From Methanobacteriota archaeon (GTDB lineage: Archaea; Thermoplasmatota; Thermoplasmata; UBA10834), in contig DYTN01000002.1 in NCBI GenBank assembly GCA_020725925.1, forward strand, positions 44,621 to 108,620: a stretch of DNA of 64,000 bases. The letters run 5' to 3'. The notes beneath the pieces are model-generated. The model was not told where the DNA came from. It worked only from the letters and a program-made list of their open reading frames with translations, and did no database searches. The position numbers and the translations under genes were made by a program. Of the stretch, positions 39,525 through 48,246 are shown piece by piece; position 1 is the first letter of the stretch; every line of letters starts with the position of its first letter.

Positions 39525-40559
39525 CTACCAGCTGTCGCTCAGGACGAACGCTCCGAGCTTCGTCTTCACGAGCCTGACCTGCTCTCCCTTTCGAGAGAAT
39601 CCGGGTGGCTTTGGCACGTCCAGCGGGGCGCTCGTCTCGGGGTCGAGCACCTGCAGCTCCCGGTCCTTGTCCACGAGGACGACCGCCTTGCGGATCCCTG
39701 CCTTCGCCTCCACCAGCGCGCACTCGCCCGCGTCCCTGACCCTGATCGGGTGGTCCTCTCCGGTCCTGAGATCTATGCCGTGCACGACCCCCCGGGACAT
39801 GCCCCTCACGAAGTAAAGCTTCCCAGCGCTCTCGACTATGTCCCCCTTTGAGAACCCTGGGAGGCGCACCAGGAACGTCATCCTGTATATCTCCTGGCCC
39901 GCCCGCCTGCCCCACAGGCTAGAGGACTCCTTGTACTCGGCGCACCTGCTCTCCTGCAACTCGCGCGCGACGGACCTGGCGGATGAAATCGTGCTGAAGT
40001 AGAAGTCCAGGCCGCCCTTGACCCTCTCGGCCTTGCTCAGGAACACCTCCCTGCTGGACTTCCTCATGGACGCGACCCTCTCCCTGACGAGGCGCTCCAT
40101 GTCCGCCTCCGCCTGCCTGCCCAGAGAGCGCTCCGGCCCGCGCACCTGCAGGATGGCCTCGTAGTACTTCCCCTGCTGCTTCGAGCACTCGGTACACGAC
40201 CCGCGCTTGACCCGCACGATGGTCCCCAGCTCGCGCCTGAACTCGTGGCCTTCGACCGAGAGCAGGAGGTCGACCTTCGCCGCGAGATTCCTCTCGTCCC
40301 TCTCTGAGAGCTGCACGGAAATGTCCAGGAGCTTCGACTCCTTGGGCATGGCCAATGCGCTCTCGACCGCCAGCTCGGCCGCCTCGCGCACGGAGCCGAT
40401 GTCCTCCCAGCCCTTGGCCGTCTGCATGGCCGAGCAGTGCGCGCACAGCGTGAGGTCGACATGGTCCGGGAGAGTGGGATGCACGTGCTTCTTCGCATAG
40501 CAGACGCTGCACAGAGAGCCTATCAGCTCCTCCTCGCGCCCGCACTCGACACAGAACAC
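39525..40559 (-). CDS. Archaeal NMD3-family protein (60S export adaptor homolog).
   Basis: N-terminal Cys clusters MFCVECG..CSVC..CAHC..C.EC followed by an NMD3-like OB/SH3 region. Length 344 aa is typical. Confidence 0.7.
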   Translation of the reverse strand: MFCVECGREEELIGSLCSVCYAKKHVHPTLPDHVDLTLCAHCSAMQTAKGWEDIGSVREAAELAVESALAMPKESKLLDISVQLSERDERNLAAKVDLLLSVEGHEFRRELGTIVRVKRGSCTECSKQQGKYYEAILQVRGPERSLGRQAEADMERLVRERVASMRKSSREVFLSKAERVKGGLDFYFSTISSARSVARELQESRCAEYKESSSLWGRRAGQEIYRMTFLVRLPGFSKGDIVESAGKLYFVRGMSRGVVHGIDLRTGEDHPIRVRDAGECALVEAKAGIRKAVVLVDKDRELQVLDPETSAPLDVPKPPGFSRKGEQVRLVKTKLGAFVLSDSW

Positions 40560-40856
40560 CTAGACCATCCTCGCCATCTGCGCGTGAGGGACCTCGCCTA
40601 TCCTGATGACGCACCCGGGGTCGATGAAGCCGCGCCTGACGGCTATCTCGAGCGTCTTCTCCCCCACGAGGTTGGCGATCGTGGCCATCTCCAGCCTGTT
40701 GACGAGCATCTCCTCGTCCGCCCTCTCGCCCCTGTAGAAACCCTCGGAAACCTGCAGCTTCAGGTCCCTGGACCTGAAGGTCTTGCCGACTATGTCCTCG
40801 TCGCACGCGGCCACCAGGACCTCGACCCCTTTCCTGTACACCTTGACTGTGATCAT
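40560..40856 (-). CDS. DUF424-family small archaeal protein.
   Basis: 98 aa. Overlaps the MCM stop and abuts the NMD3 start. Family call from memory. Confidence 0.5.
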   Translation of the reverse strand: MITVKVYRKGVEVLVAACDEDIVGKTFRSRDLKLQVSEGFYRGERADEEMLVNRLEMATIANLVGEKTLEIAVRRGFIDPGCVIRIGEVPHAQMARMV

Positions 40857-42976
40857 CCGATGCGCTCCTCGCTCGCCAGCTTGAAGTATCCCGGCTGCGG
40901 GGAGTACACCTCACCGGCGTCGCTGAGGCGCTTGAGGAGCGCCCGCACGCGGTCCTCCGCGATGTTCTCCGAGCCCGCCTTCTGTATGAGCTCCTCGGCG
41001 CTCACGCCCCTCCTCGGGTCCGAGAGCGTCTGTATCAAGCTCCTGAGCACGTAGATCTGCTCCCTCTGGCTCCTGCTGGTGCCGGTGGCTATGAGGTCTA
41101 TGTCCCTTCTCCCGCCCTCACTGGCGACCTTGGCCAGGTAGTACTCGACGATCTTGATCGCGCGGCTGGCATCCTCCGAGTTGATTATGGGGCTGAGGCG
41201 CGCGCGTGCGCTCGCCTCCGACAGCCGGATGAGTGCCTCCAGCTGCCTGGCCGTGATGGGGACCGAGGCCTCCTCGCCCTCTCCCAGCTTCCTGATGGAG
41301 ATGTAGTACCCCTCGAGCGTGCGCGTGGCCTCGTCGCTGAGGATGGGCGTGATGCGCTTGCTGTACGCGACGTACTTCCTCAGGAACTCCCGGTCCATCG
41401 CCGGGACAAGGCCCGTGCTGTCCCGGAGTATCTCGGCCGTGTCCACGGCCGTGATCTGCTCGGGCGCCTCGTGGAGCTTCACCTCTCCCCGCCTGTGCGC
41501 CTTGAGTATGTGCGCCGCGACGTTCCTGTCCTGCTCTGCATCCGGCCTGTCCGTCATGGTGAATATGGCGTCGAACCTGGACAGGAGCGCGGGCGGGAGG
41601 TCGATCTGCTCCGCGATGTTCCTGCTCTCGTCGAACCTGCCGTACTTCGGGTTCGCGGCCCCGAGCACGGCGCACCTCGACTGGAGCGTGGCCGTGATGC
41701 CGGCCTTCGCGACTGATATCGTGCCCTGCTCGAGGCTCTCGTGTATGCTCGACCTGTCCTGGTCGTTCATCTTGTCCAGCTCGTCTATGCATGCCAGACC
41801 CTTGTCCGCGAGCACGAGCGCGCCCGCCTCGAGGGTCCATCTGCCCTCGCCGAACTCGTCCTTGACTGCCGCTGCGGTGAGCCCGGCGGCGGAGGACGAC
41901 TTCCCGGAGGTGTAGATGCCTCTGGGGGCGAGCTGCGACATGTAGCGGAGTATCTGGGACTTGGCCGTGCCAGGGTCGCCGATCAGAGCTATGTGTATGT
42001 CCCCCCGGATGCGCGTGCCGTCGTCCATGACCTTGCCCACGCCCCCGAAGAGCTGCAGCGCGAGGGCCTCCTTCTCCTGGTCGTACCCGTAGATGGTCGG
42101 GGAGATGGACGCGATTACCTTGTCGAAGGCGTCCGGGCTTCCTGCGAACTCGCGGATCCTGACCTCGTCCTCCGGGGTGATGAGCACCTCCTCGTACTCC
42201 TTCTCCTCGTACTCGATCGAGTTGAGGTCCAGCTGGATCTCGAAGAGCGTGGACTTGACCTGCCCGCCCTTCTGCGTGCTCCTCAGGATCCCGTTCAGTA
42301 TGACCCTGTCGCCCGGGGAGATGCGCCCGGAGAGATCGTCCTCGATGTAGCCTACTAGGCGCTCAGGCTGCGCCCCGCCCCTTAGGCCCTCCGGGGGCTC
42401 CTGGATCTCTATCTTCTGTGTGTCCACGAACCTGGACGGGTCCGTGAGAAGCCTGAACTTGGTCGAGCCCGTGCCCCTGCCGCACCCGCCCTCCTCCTTC
42501 GAGCACTCGAGAGGCTCATGGAACAGCATCCCCTCCTGCTCCACCGTGATCCTGTGCCCGCACCTGGCGCACTCGAACTCTGCCACGGTGACCCTCGGCC
42601 TGACCTCGGTCGCCTTCCGGACGAGCCCCTCGATGGACACGAAATTCCCGAGGTGCTTCGCCCTCAGCTTCCGTATCTCTATGCGGGAGTCCCGCGGAAG
42701 GTCCTTGATCCTGAAGTGGACGAACGGGTTCGTCAGGGCGTGAGAGACCATGCGCCTCAGGGCCTCTTCTGCAGAGCGGATCGACTGCGTCGGGTTGACG
42801 AGGATGTAGTTCGCGAGGTCGGGGTCGAACTTCTCGACGGCAGAGAAGTCGATGTAGATGCTCCTGACATCCGGGTACAGGTCAGCTATCGCTGATACAT
42901 GGTGCCTGTGCTCCTGCCCTCCCAGGAACTCTTCCCAGATGGCGACGAGGTCCTCGGGAGTATACTCCTTGGGCGT
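40853..42976 (-). CDS. mcm: MCM replicative helicase. The N-terminal domain A is encoded in frame upstream of the first ATG; the putative start position holds ACG.
   Basis: - AAA+ motifs IHIALIGDPGTAKSQ and SRFDAIF.
- Zinc finger CARCGH..C..GGCG.
- The 75 in-frame codons upstream of ATG 42751 (PKEYTPEDLVAIWEEFL..YPDVRSIYIDFSAVEKFDPDLANYILVNPTQSIRSAEEAL) match MCM domain A.
- The codon after the upstream TGA is ACG (42976-42974), preceded by AAGGAG. Confidence 0.85.
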   Translation of the reverse strand, partial: TPKEYTPEDLVAIWEEFLGGQEHRHHVSAIADLYPDVRSIYIDFSAVEKFDPDLANYILVNPTQSIRSAEEALRRMVSHALTNPFVHFRIKDLPRDSRIEIRKLRAKHLGNFVSIEGLVRKATEVRPRVTVAEFECARCGHRITVEQEGMLFHEPLECSKEEGGCGRGTGSTKFRLLTDPSRFVDTQKIEIQEPPEGLRGGAQPERLVGYIEDDLSGRISPGDRVILNGILRSTQKGGQVKSTLFEIQLDLNSIEYEEKEYEEVLITPEDEVRIREFAGSPDAFDKVIASISPTIYGYDQEKEALALQLFGGVGKVMDDGTRIRGDIHIALIGDPGTAKSQILRYMSQLAPRGIYTSGKSSSAAGLTAAAVKDEFGEGRWTLEAGALVLADKGLACIDELDKMNDQDRSSIHESLEQGTISVAKAGITATLQSRCAVLGAANPKYGRFDESRNIAEQIDLPPALLSRFDAIFTMTDRPDAEQDRNVAAHILKAHRRGEVKLHEAPEQITAVDTAEILRDSTGLVPAMDREFLRKYVAYSKRITPILSDEATRTLEGYYISIRKLGEGEEASVPITARQLEALIRLSEASARARLSPIINSEDASRAIKIVEYYLAKVASEGGRRDIDLIATGTSRSQREQIYVLRSLIQTLSDPRRGVSAEELIQKAGSENIAEDRVRALLKRLSDAGEVYSPQPGYFKLASEERIG

Positions 42977-43067
42977 TCAGCTCCCCCCACAGTTCAGTGT
43001 CGATGCCCCTGCCCTTCCCTGACGACTTGGCAAAAGGGGAAGAGGAATCGACAATGTGATACTAAAG

Positions 43068-43610
43068 CTACGTGGTCCGTTCATCTTTGCTCCTTTGGAC
43101 TGCACGTAGCATTCGCTGCTGCGCAGCGACGACCTCGGCGCTCGTCTCGACAGAAGCGTACTCTTCGAGCCTCTCCCTGTTCATCGATATGAAAGTCGGC
43201 CCCCACTTGAACCTGCTCATCAGATGCTCCGCCCGCTGCTTCTCGCCCAGGATGTAGAGCGATGCTGCGAGCGCCTCGGCGCTCGAGAGCTTCTGGGCCT
43301 TGCCGAAGTTCGTGGGGTTCGCGGCCACAAGGAACGGCAGCGCCCTGTGCCTGAGCCCTGCCCTCACCCTCGGGAACCTGTCGAGCTTGTTCCACGAGCA
43401 GTCGAGCACGAGCAGGCCCGCTCGGACGGACGCCCCGAGGTCCTCCCTGGACAACGCCTTCTCCGCCTCAGGGTCGAGCACCACGGCTCCCCTGGGTATC
43501 CTGGGGGCCTTCACCTCATGCAGGTCGCCGAGCCTCACGAGCTTCGCCGCTGTGCACTTCTTCGGGTCGTCCTCGCGCTCCATCAGGGCTAGGAGCCTAA
43601 CGTCAGCCAT
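43068..43610 (-). CDS. tsr3: Tsr3/DUF367 18S(16S) rRNA aminocarboxypropyltransferase.
   Basis: Conserved LDCSW and FGKAQKLSSAEA motifs. Size 180 aa. Confidence 0.75.
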   Translation of the reverse strand: MADVRLLALMEREDDPKKCTAAKLVRLGDLHEVKAPRIPRGAVVLDPEAEKALSREDLGASVRAGLLVLDCSWNKLDRFPRVRAGLRHRALPFLVAANPTNFGKAQKLSSAEALAASLYILGEKQRAEHLMSRFKWGPTFISMNRERLEEYASVETSAEVVAAQQRMLRAVQRSKDERTT

Positions 43611-43705
43611 CGCTATGACAAGTACAGGCGGCAGTATAAAGGCGTGGCTGGGGGCACAGCGAATCTGGCCCGATGGTTCTTAAGGGCGGGAGTGCGATAC
43701 GCTCC

Positions 43706-43765
43706 CGCCACGATGACGAGAAGAACCCAGCTGACCTGTGATGAGTGATGGGCGATCCGAGTGGC
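43706..43765 (+). ncRNA. Candidate C/D-box sRNA (weak): variant C box CGAUGA, D' CUGA, C' UGAUGA, variant D CCGA, with terminal stem CCAC/GUGG. A GC hairpin sits immediately upstream.
   Basis: Box spacing fits archaeal C/D sRNAs (about 12-14 nt guides, 4 nt D'-C' spacer). Two boxes deviate from consensus. Confidence 0.2.
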
Positions 43766-43832
43766 ATTCCGCACTTGAAGGAAAGAAATATACCAGCGTG
43801 AGGCATCGAGGGTGCGGGAGCTGTGAGCTGAC

Positions 43833-44249
43833 ATGGTGACAGGGTTCGACTACCTGGGCCAGGACAAGGCTCTGCAGGAGCATTGGTTGAGGAGGCTCAT
43901 CGCCATAGTCGTCGACGCCGTCCTGATCTACGCGCCTGTGCTGATCCTCCTACGGATACTCGGCACTCCGATCCTGTTCCCCGGGTTCCTTACGGGCGCG
44001 CTGTTTTTCTTCTACTGCGCCCTGTTCGACCTCGCCATAGGCGGCACTGTCGGCAAGATGCTCATGCGGCTGAAGACGGTCTCTGTCACCGGGCAGGTGA
44101 ACGTCTCGCAGGCACTGATGAGGAACGTGTCGAAGGTCTTCGGGCCGCTGCTGCTCCTGGACTGGATAATAGGGATGGCGGTGGACACGCACGACCCGAG
44201 GCAGAAGTGGACCGATCAGGTAGCCCGGACCTCGGTGATGCTCCACTAG
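43833..44249 (+). CDS. RDD-family membrane protein.
   Basis: R..IA..VD, 3 TM helices and GTVGKMLMRLK, as in RDD domains. Confidence 0.7.
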   Translation: MVTGFDYLGQDKALQEHWLRRLIAIVVDAVLIYAPVLILLRILGTPILFPGFLTGALFFFYCALFDLAIGGTVGKMLMRLKTVSVTGQVNVSQALMRNVSKVFGPLLLLDWIIGMAVDTHDPRQKWTDQVARTSVMLH

Positions 44250-44485
44250 GGCACCCACCAGACCCAGCCGCGCTTCTCGAGCGAGGCCTCGCCCCTGATC
44301 AGGCCCCTCCTCTTCATCTTGGTCAGGAAGATGACAGTCTGGTCAGGGCAGCGCTTGTGCTCCTTCCTCGCGCGCCTCTCGATCTCCATGGTGCTCATCG
44401 AGCCTTCGAGCTTGAGCAGGTCGATGACGAACCTCTCGGCCGAAGAGACGTCCATGACCACGATATCAGGGCCTGAGTCCTTCAT
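44246..44485 (-). CDS. Small winged-helix-like protein (hypothetical regulator).
   Basis: 79 aa with a basic, helix-rich composition. Overlaps the RDD stop by 4 nt. Confidence 0.4.
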   Translation of the reverse strand: MKDSGPDIVVMDVSSAERFVIDLLKLEGSMSTMEIERRARKEHKRCPDQTVIFLTKMKRRGLIRGEASLEKRGWVWWVP

Positions 44486-44553
44486 CGCCCGGCGTATTGC
44501 CCGGGCTCTGAATAATCCCTTCCCTCGCGGAGAGGACCGGGGCCAGACGGCGC

Positions 44554-45117
44554 CTAGTCTCCCTGGAAGATCAGCGAGTAGATCTCCGAGCTTGTGGGGT
44601 CGTGCATGAGGAAGAGCTGGTAGGTCACCGTGTTATCGAACTCTCCCCCGCTGGTGGTGAGCGTGAAGCTGTCCCCCTGGTTCACGAGGCCGTTCCCGGC
44701 AAGGTCCGTGATGTTGATGAACACCGTCAGCGAACCCAGGGTCTGGCTCCCGAAGCTCTTGACGACCGGCGCGGAGCCGGTCATGACAGTCGTCGTGATG
44801 TTGGTGAAGGCGATTGCGTTGGTCCCGTCCGTGAGCATGACGCTGATGTCGCTCCAGACGGTCTCCCGCGAGAAGGGCGTGAATGTGAACTTGAAGCCAT
44901 CCGTGACAGACGCCTTGGTGAGGCTCGCGACGGGCGGGGAGTTGCTGGAGCCCAGTCCGAGCCCGAAGACCATGACATACAGCGTCGCGGCGAGCACGAC
45001 GGTGATGCCGACGAGGAGGATCGTCGCTATGACGGGTGAAACGGCGGGTGTGTCGAGTCTCCTTCGGCACCAGACCTTCTTCATGGCACTCATCCCAGCG
45101 GGGGACGGGACGGGCAA
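44554..45117 (-). CDS. Archaeal type IV pilin (class III signal peptide, DUF1628-like), paralog A.
   Basis: - ...MKKVWCRRRLDTPAVSPVIATILLVGITVVLAATLYVMV.
- Then a beta-rich Thr/Ser-rich domain.
- Likely start is the internal Met at 45084. Confidence 0.75.
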   Translation of the reverse strand: MPVPSPAGMSAMKKVWCRRRLDTPAVSPVIATILLVGITVVLAATLYVMVFGLGLGSSNSPPVASLTKASVTDGFKFTFTPFSRETVWSDISVMLTDGTNAIAFTNITTTVMTGSAPVVKSFGSQTLGSLTVFINITDLAGNGLVNQGDSFTLTTSGGEFDNTVTYQLFLMHDPTSSEIYSLIFQGD

Positions 45118-45293
45118 TCCCTTGGGACGTTCATAAACGCTTGTGAATATAAAAATAGTTGCATTCCAGATTCATCGGAAGCAAGACGTTCGGAATGCAA
45201 GAACTCAGGCCATGGCTCGCCCACGACCTATGCAGAAAAGGAAGAAGTTGGAAAGGGTTTTTGGGTCTTCCATCAGGCAATGATGCCGCTCGA

Positions 45294-45857
45294 CTAGCCG
45301 TTGAAGCTTGCGTGGCAGATCTCAGCGGATGTCGGGTCGTGCATTATGGTGACGGTGTAGGTCACCGATGCCGAGAAGGTTGTCGCGCCCGTCTGGAAGG
45401 TCATGTAGTCTCCCTGGTTCACATAACCGTTGCCCGCGAGGTCCGTGAGGTTGCACCAGACCGTCAACGAGCCGAGAGCCCTACCGGCCGTGGTCGGGTC
45501 GTCGTACTCCGCTGGGGGCGTCGAGTCAGTCAGTGCGGCTGTCGTCGGTGCCCATGTCAGCGTGTTCGTCCCGTCCGTGAGCTGGATCGTGATGTCACCC
45601 CATGGGGTGTCCTTGCTCATCGGGGCGAAGGTGTACTTCACGCCGTAGTTCACCGTCGTCTTCGTAATGCTCGACGTTGGGGTTTGAGACGTTGTCCCGC
45701 CGAATCCCAGGACCATGACATACAGCACGGCCGCTAGAACGACGGTGATGGCAACCATTAGAATGGTCGCGATCACAGGGGACACTGCCTCGGCATCCTT
45801 GCGGATTGCCCAGATCTTCTTCATGTTTTGTCCTCCTGCAGGCCTTTCGGCCCGCAC
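45294..45857 (-). CDS. Archaeal type IV pilin (class III signal peptide), paralog B.
   Basis: - ...MKKIWAIRKDAEAVSPVIATILMVAITVVLAAVLYVMV.
- Same architecture as paralog A.
- Likely start is the Met at 45824.
- TATA-like CTATTTAAA on the minus strand ~45880. Confidence 0.75.
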   Translation of the reverse strand: MRAERPAGGQNMKKIWAIRKDAEAVSPVIATILMVAITVVLAAVLYVMVLGFGGTTSQTPTSSITKTTVNYGVKYTFAPMSKDTPWGDITIQLTDGTNTLTWAPTTAALTDSTPPAEYDDPTTAGRALGSLTVWCNLTDLAGNGYVNQGDYMTFQTGATTFSASVTYTVTIMHDPTSAEICHASFNG

Positions 45858-46057
45858 GGGATGTAATACGCCGGTGCTGAGTTTAAATAGCTTTGCGGCT
45901 GGTTCTCATAGACGAGCGTTATCGCTTTCGATAACTGCCGAATTGGACCATCTGGCTATGTCGCATTCCTTAGGGGACACAAGAAGACTATGTCTTCTTG
46001 GGCCTGTGAGGCCAGTACTAGAAACGACGACATTCCCGGAAGAGGCGACACACCGGC

Positions 46058-46783
46058 CTAGCCGGGCTTGATGCCCGTCCTGTCGTAGATCGCTGGTATT
46101 ATGCCCACCATCGCGGGCCTGTTCCTGACCTTCTGCACTACTATGTACTTCTTGAACTCGTGCCCGACCTTCTCCCTGTCGAGCTCTATTATCACGTCCG
46201 CGAGGTCCTCAAGGCTGCTCTGGATCTTCGAGTCATGCACGCCCTTCAGCATCGTGTTCAGCGTGACGCTCTCGGAGTGCTGCGTGTGGGCCTTGATCGT
46301 GCGCATGGCCATGAGCACCTCCTGGCTCTCGTAGTTCTCGAGGTAGAAGTCCAGCGAGTTGATCACGACCCTGAAGGGCGGGTTCAGCTTCGATATCTCA
46401 TACGCCAGGAAGGTGAGGAAGTTCTCCTCCTTGGCGGCGTCCTGGTCCCTGAACTTCCTGATGTCGCTGAGCGTGATGCCCTCCTGCCTGAACCTGCTCA
46501 CCTCGAGCTTCCTGGCGAGGACCTTCTCGTAGTACTTCCTTCCGATGTTGACTATCTTGATATCCGTCCTCCAGCCGTACTCGCGCATGACTGCCAGGAC
46601 ATCCTCGTCCCGCTCCGTGGACGTGAAGTAGGTCACGGGCTCGGTGCCCGCGGAGGCGAACTGCTTCGCGAAGAACTCCGTGCCGGAGCCCGGGCCGCCC
46701 ATCACGAGCAGGGTCGAGCCCTTCAGGATTCCTCCTCCGAGGTGCTCGTCCAGGGCAGGTATCCCTATGCTCGTGAACTGCAT
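46058..46783 (-). CDS. KaiC/RecA-like protein with degenerate P-loop (GGPGSGTE, Lys missing); likely pseudo-ATPase.
   Basis: Domain pattern GIPALDEHLGGGILKGSTLLVMGGPGSGTEF..VVINSLDF. Confidence 0.7.
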   Translation of the reverse strand: MQFTSIGIPALDEHLGGGILKGSTLLVMGGPGSGTEFFAKQFASAGTEPVTYFTSTERDEDVLAVMREYGWRTDIKIVNIGRKYYEKVLARKLEVSRFRQEGITLSDIRKFRDQDAAKEENFLTFLAYEISKLNPPFRVVINSLDFYLENYESQEVLMAMRTIKAHTQHSESVTLNTMLKGVHDSKIQSSLEDLADVIIELDREKVGHEFKKYIVVQKVRNRPAMVGIIPAIYDRTGIKPG

Positions 46784-46784
46784 G

Positions 46785-47381
46785 TCAGCCCTCCCGCAGC
46801 TTGCCCGCGTGGATGCCGTGGTCGCACACGAGGTTGACCATGTTGCTTATGTCCGGGGTCGAGTGCTCCTCGACTGTGAGTATCACGGTGTACGCGTCCC
46901 TGGACCTCAGCCCGGACACCAGTATGTGGAGGAGCTCAGACAAGATCCAGTTGTTGTTGTGTATGGCCAGGGAGTTGATGGAATCGATCACGACGACCTT
47001 GCCCTCGGACTGCGACCGCCTGATCAGGTACTCGACCTTGAGCATCAGGTTCTCCAGCATCGTCGGGCTCTCGACCAGGGTGGTCTTCTCGTCCTGCGCT
47101 GCGGTCGAGGCGCCCATCATGATGTGCGATATGCAGTCGACGAAGAAGACCCTCTCGGAGTCTATGTCCAGGGCCTCGAGCACGCGCTTGATGGCCTCGG
47201 AGGATATCGTCGCGGTGACGTATATCGTGTCCATCTTCTTCTTGTTCGCGAACAGGTCCACGACGCCTCGGATGACATCAAGGTAGTTGTCCACGCTCAT
47301 CTGCAGGGAGACCGCCGAGGCCTCGGGCATCTCGAGGAGTTCGTCCGCGATCTGTTGCGCGCTGGCCAGCTCCGGGCTCAT
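46785..47381 (-). CDS. P-loop-less KaiC-like/DUF835-like domain protein.
   Basis: - No Walker A.
- ..TIYVTATIS..VVVIDSINSLAI..TVILTVEEH pattern.
- Resembles the C-terminal domain of the DnaA-like protein. Confidence 0.6.
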   Translation of the reverse strand: MSPELASAQQIADELLEMPEASAVSLQMSVDNYLDVIRGVVDLFANKKKMDTIYVTATISSEAIKRVLEALDIDSERVFFVDCISHIMMGASTAAQDEKTTLVESPTMLENLMLKVEYLIRRSQSEGKVVVIDSINSLAIHNNNWILSELLHILVSGLRSRDAYTVILTVEEHSTPDISNMVNLVCDHGIHAGKLREG

Positions 47382-48208
47382 TGCGTGCTACCTCCTTTCA
47401 GGAGCGGCACCAGGAGGACACCCATGGGCGTGAGGTCCAGCACGTACTTGGCCCTCGAGTGCATCGTGCCCCTCATCTTGATCACCTGGAGCGTCCTGAG
47501 CAGGTCGCCCCTCCGCTCCATGTTCGCCATGAGCACGATCCCGTCTGCGATGGCCTCCTCGACCCCGAAGCTGGAGTACGATGTGGAATCGGCTGGCACC
47601 TCACCGACCAGGATGGATGTGCAGCCCAGGTCGGAGAGCGCCTTGCTGAGCTTGAGTATGAAGTCCCTGATCTTCTCGGATGTCTTCAGCTTGTAGCAGA
47701 CGGAGGTGATGGAGTCTATCACGAGCCTCTTGCTTCCGAGCTCCTTGGCCAGGCTGGCCAGGGCGGACACCAGCAGGTCTATCTCCTCCATGCTCAGGTC
47801 TGGCTTCGTGAGCCCGAGCCGCTCGTACATGATGGGCATGTCCACGAACACGAGCCTGCCGGACCTGACCAGGGTCCTGTCGAAGAACCTGTAGGGGATG
47901 ATGTTCGCCAGGAGCTTCTCTGAGTTCTCCGTGACGGATATGAAGAGGGAGTTTTCCCCCCTGATGGCGCCATGGATCAGGAACTCGAGCGCGAGCGAGG
48001 TCTTGCCCGTCCCGCAGCTGCCCGTGAGCAGGACCGTGTTCGTCCTCGGTATCCCGCCGTACAGGATGGTGTCGAGCCCCTCCACGCCAGTCGCGCAACG
48101 TTCCCTGTCGCCAGGCTTCAGAGGCATCGTTCCTTGAGAATGACCTGTTCCACTTATTATGGTTTCTTCTTGGACGTGCGAGCGCACATACGCGCCAGTC
48201 AGTACCAT
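47378..48208 (-). CDS. KaiC/RecA-like ATPase with intact Walker A (GSCGTGKTSLALEF).
   Basis: - GIPRTNTVLLTGSCGTGKTS.
- Walker B LVIDSITSV.
- Overlaps the downstream gene by 4 nt (operon). Confidence 0.75.
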   Translation of the reverse strand: MVLTGAYVRSHVQEETIISGTGHSQGTMPLKPGDRERCATGVEGLDTILYGGIPRTNTVLLTGSCGTGKTSLALEFLIHGAIRGENSLFISVTENSEKLLANIIPYRFFDRTLVRSGRLVFVDMPIMYERLGLTKPDLSMEEIDLLVSALASLAKELGSKRLVIDSITSVCYKLKTSEKIRDFILKLSKALSDLGCTSILVGEVPADSTSYSSFGVEEAIADGIVLMANMERRGDLLRTLQVIKMRGTMHSRAKYVLDLTPMGVLLVPLLKGGSTQ

Positions 48209-48246
48209 TCGTTCGACATGTTTTTAGCCGAGGAAGGAGGTCTTCG

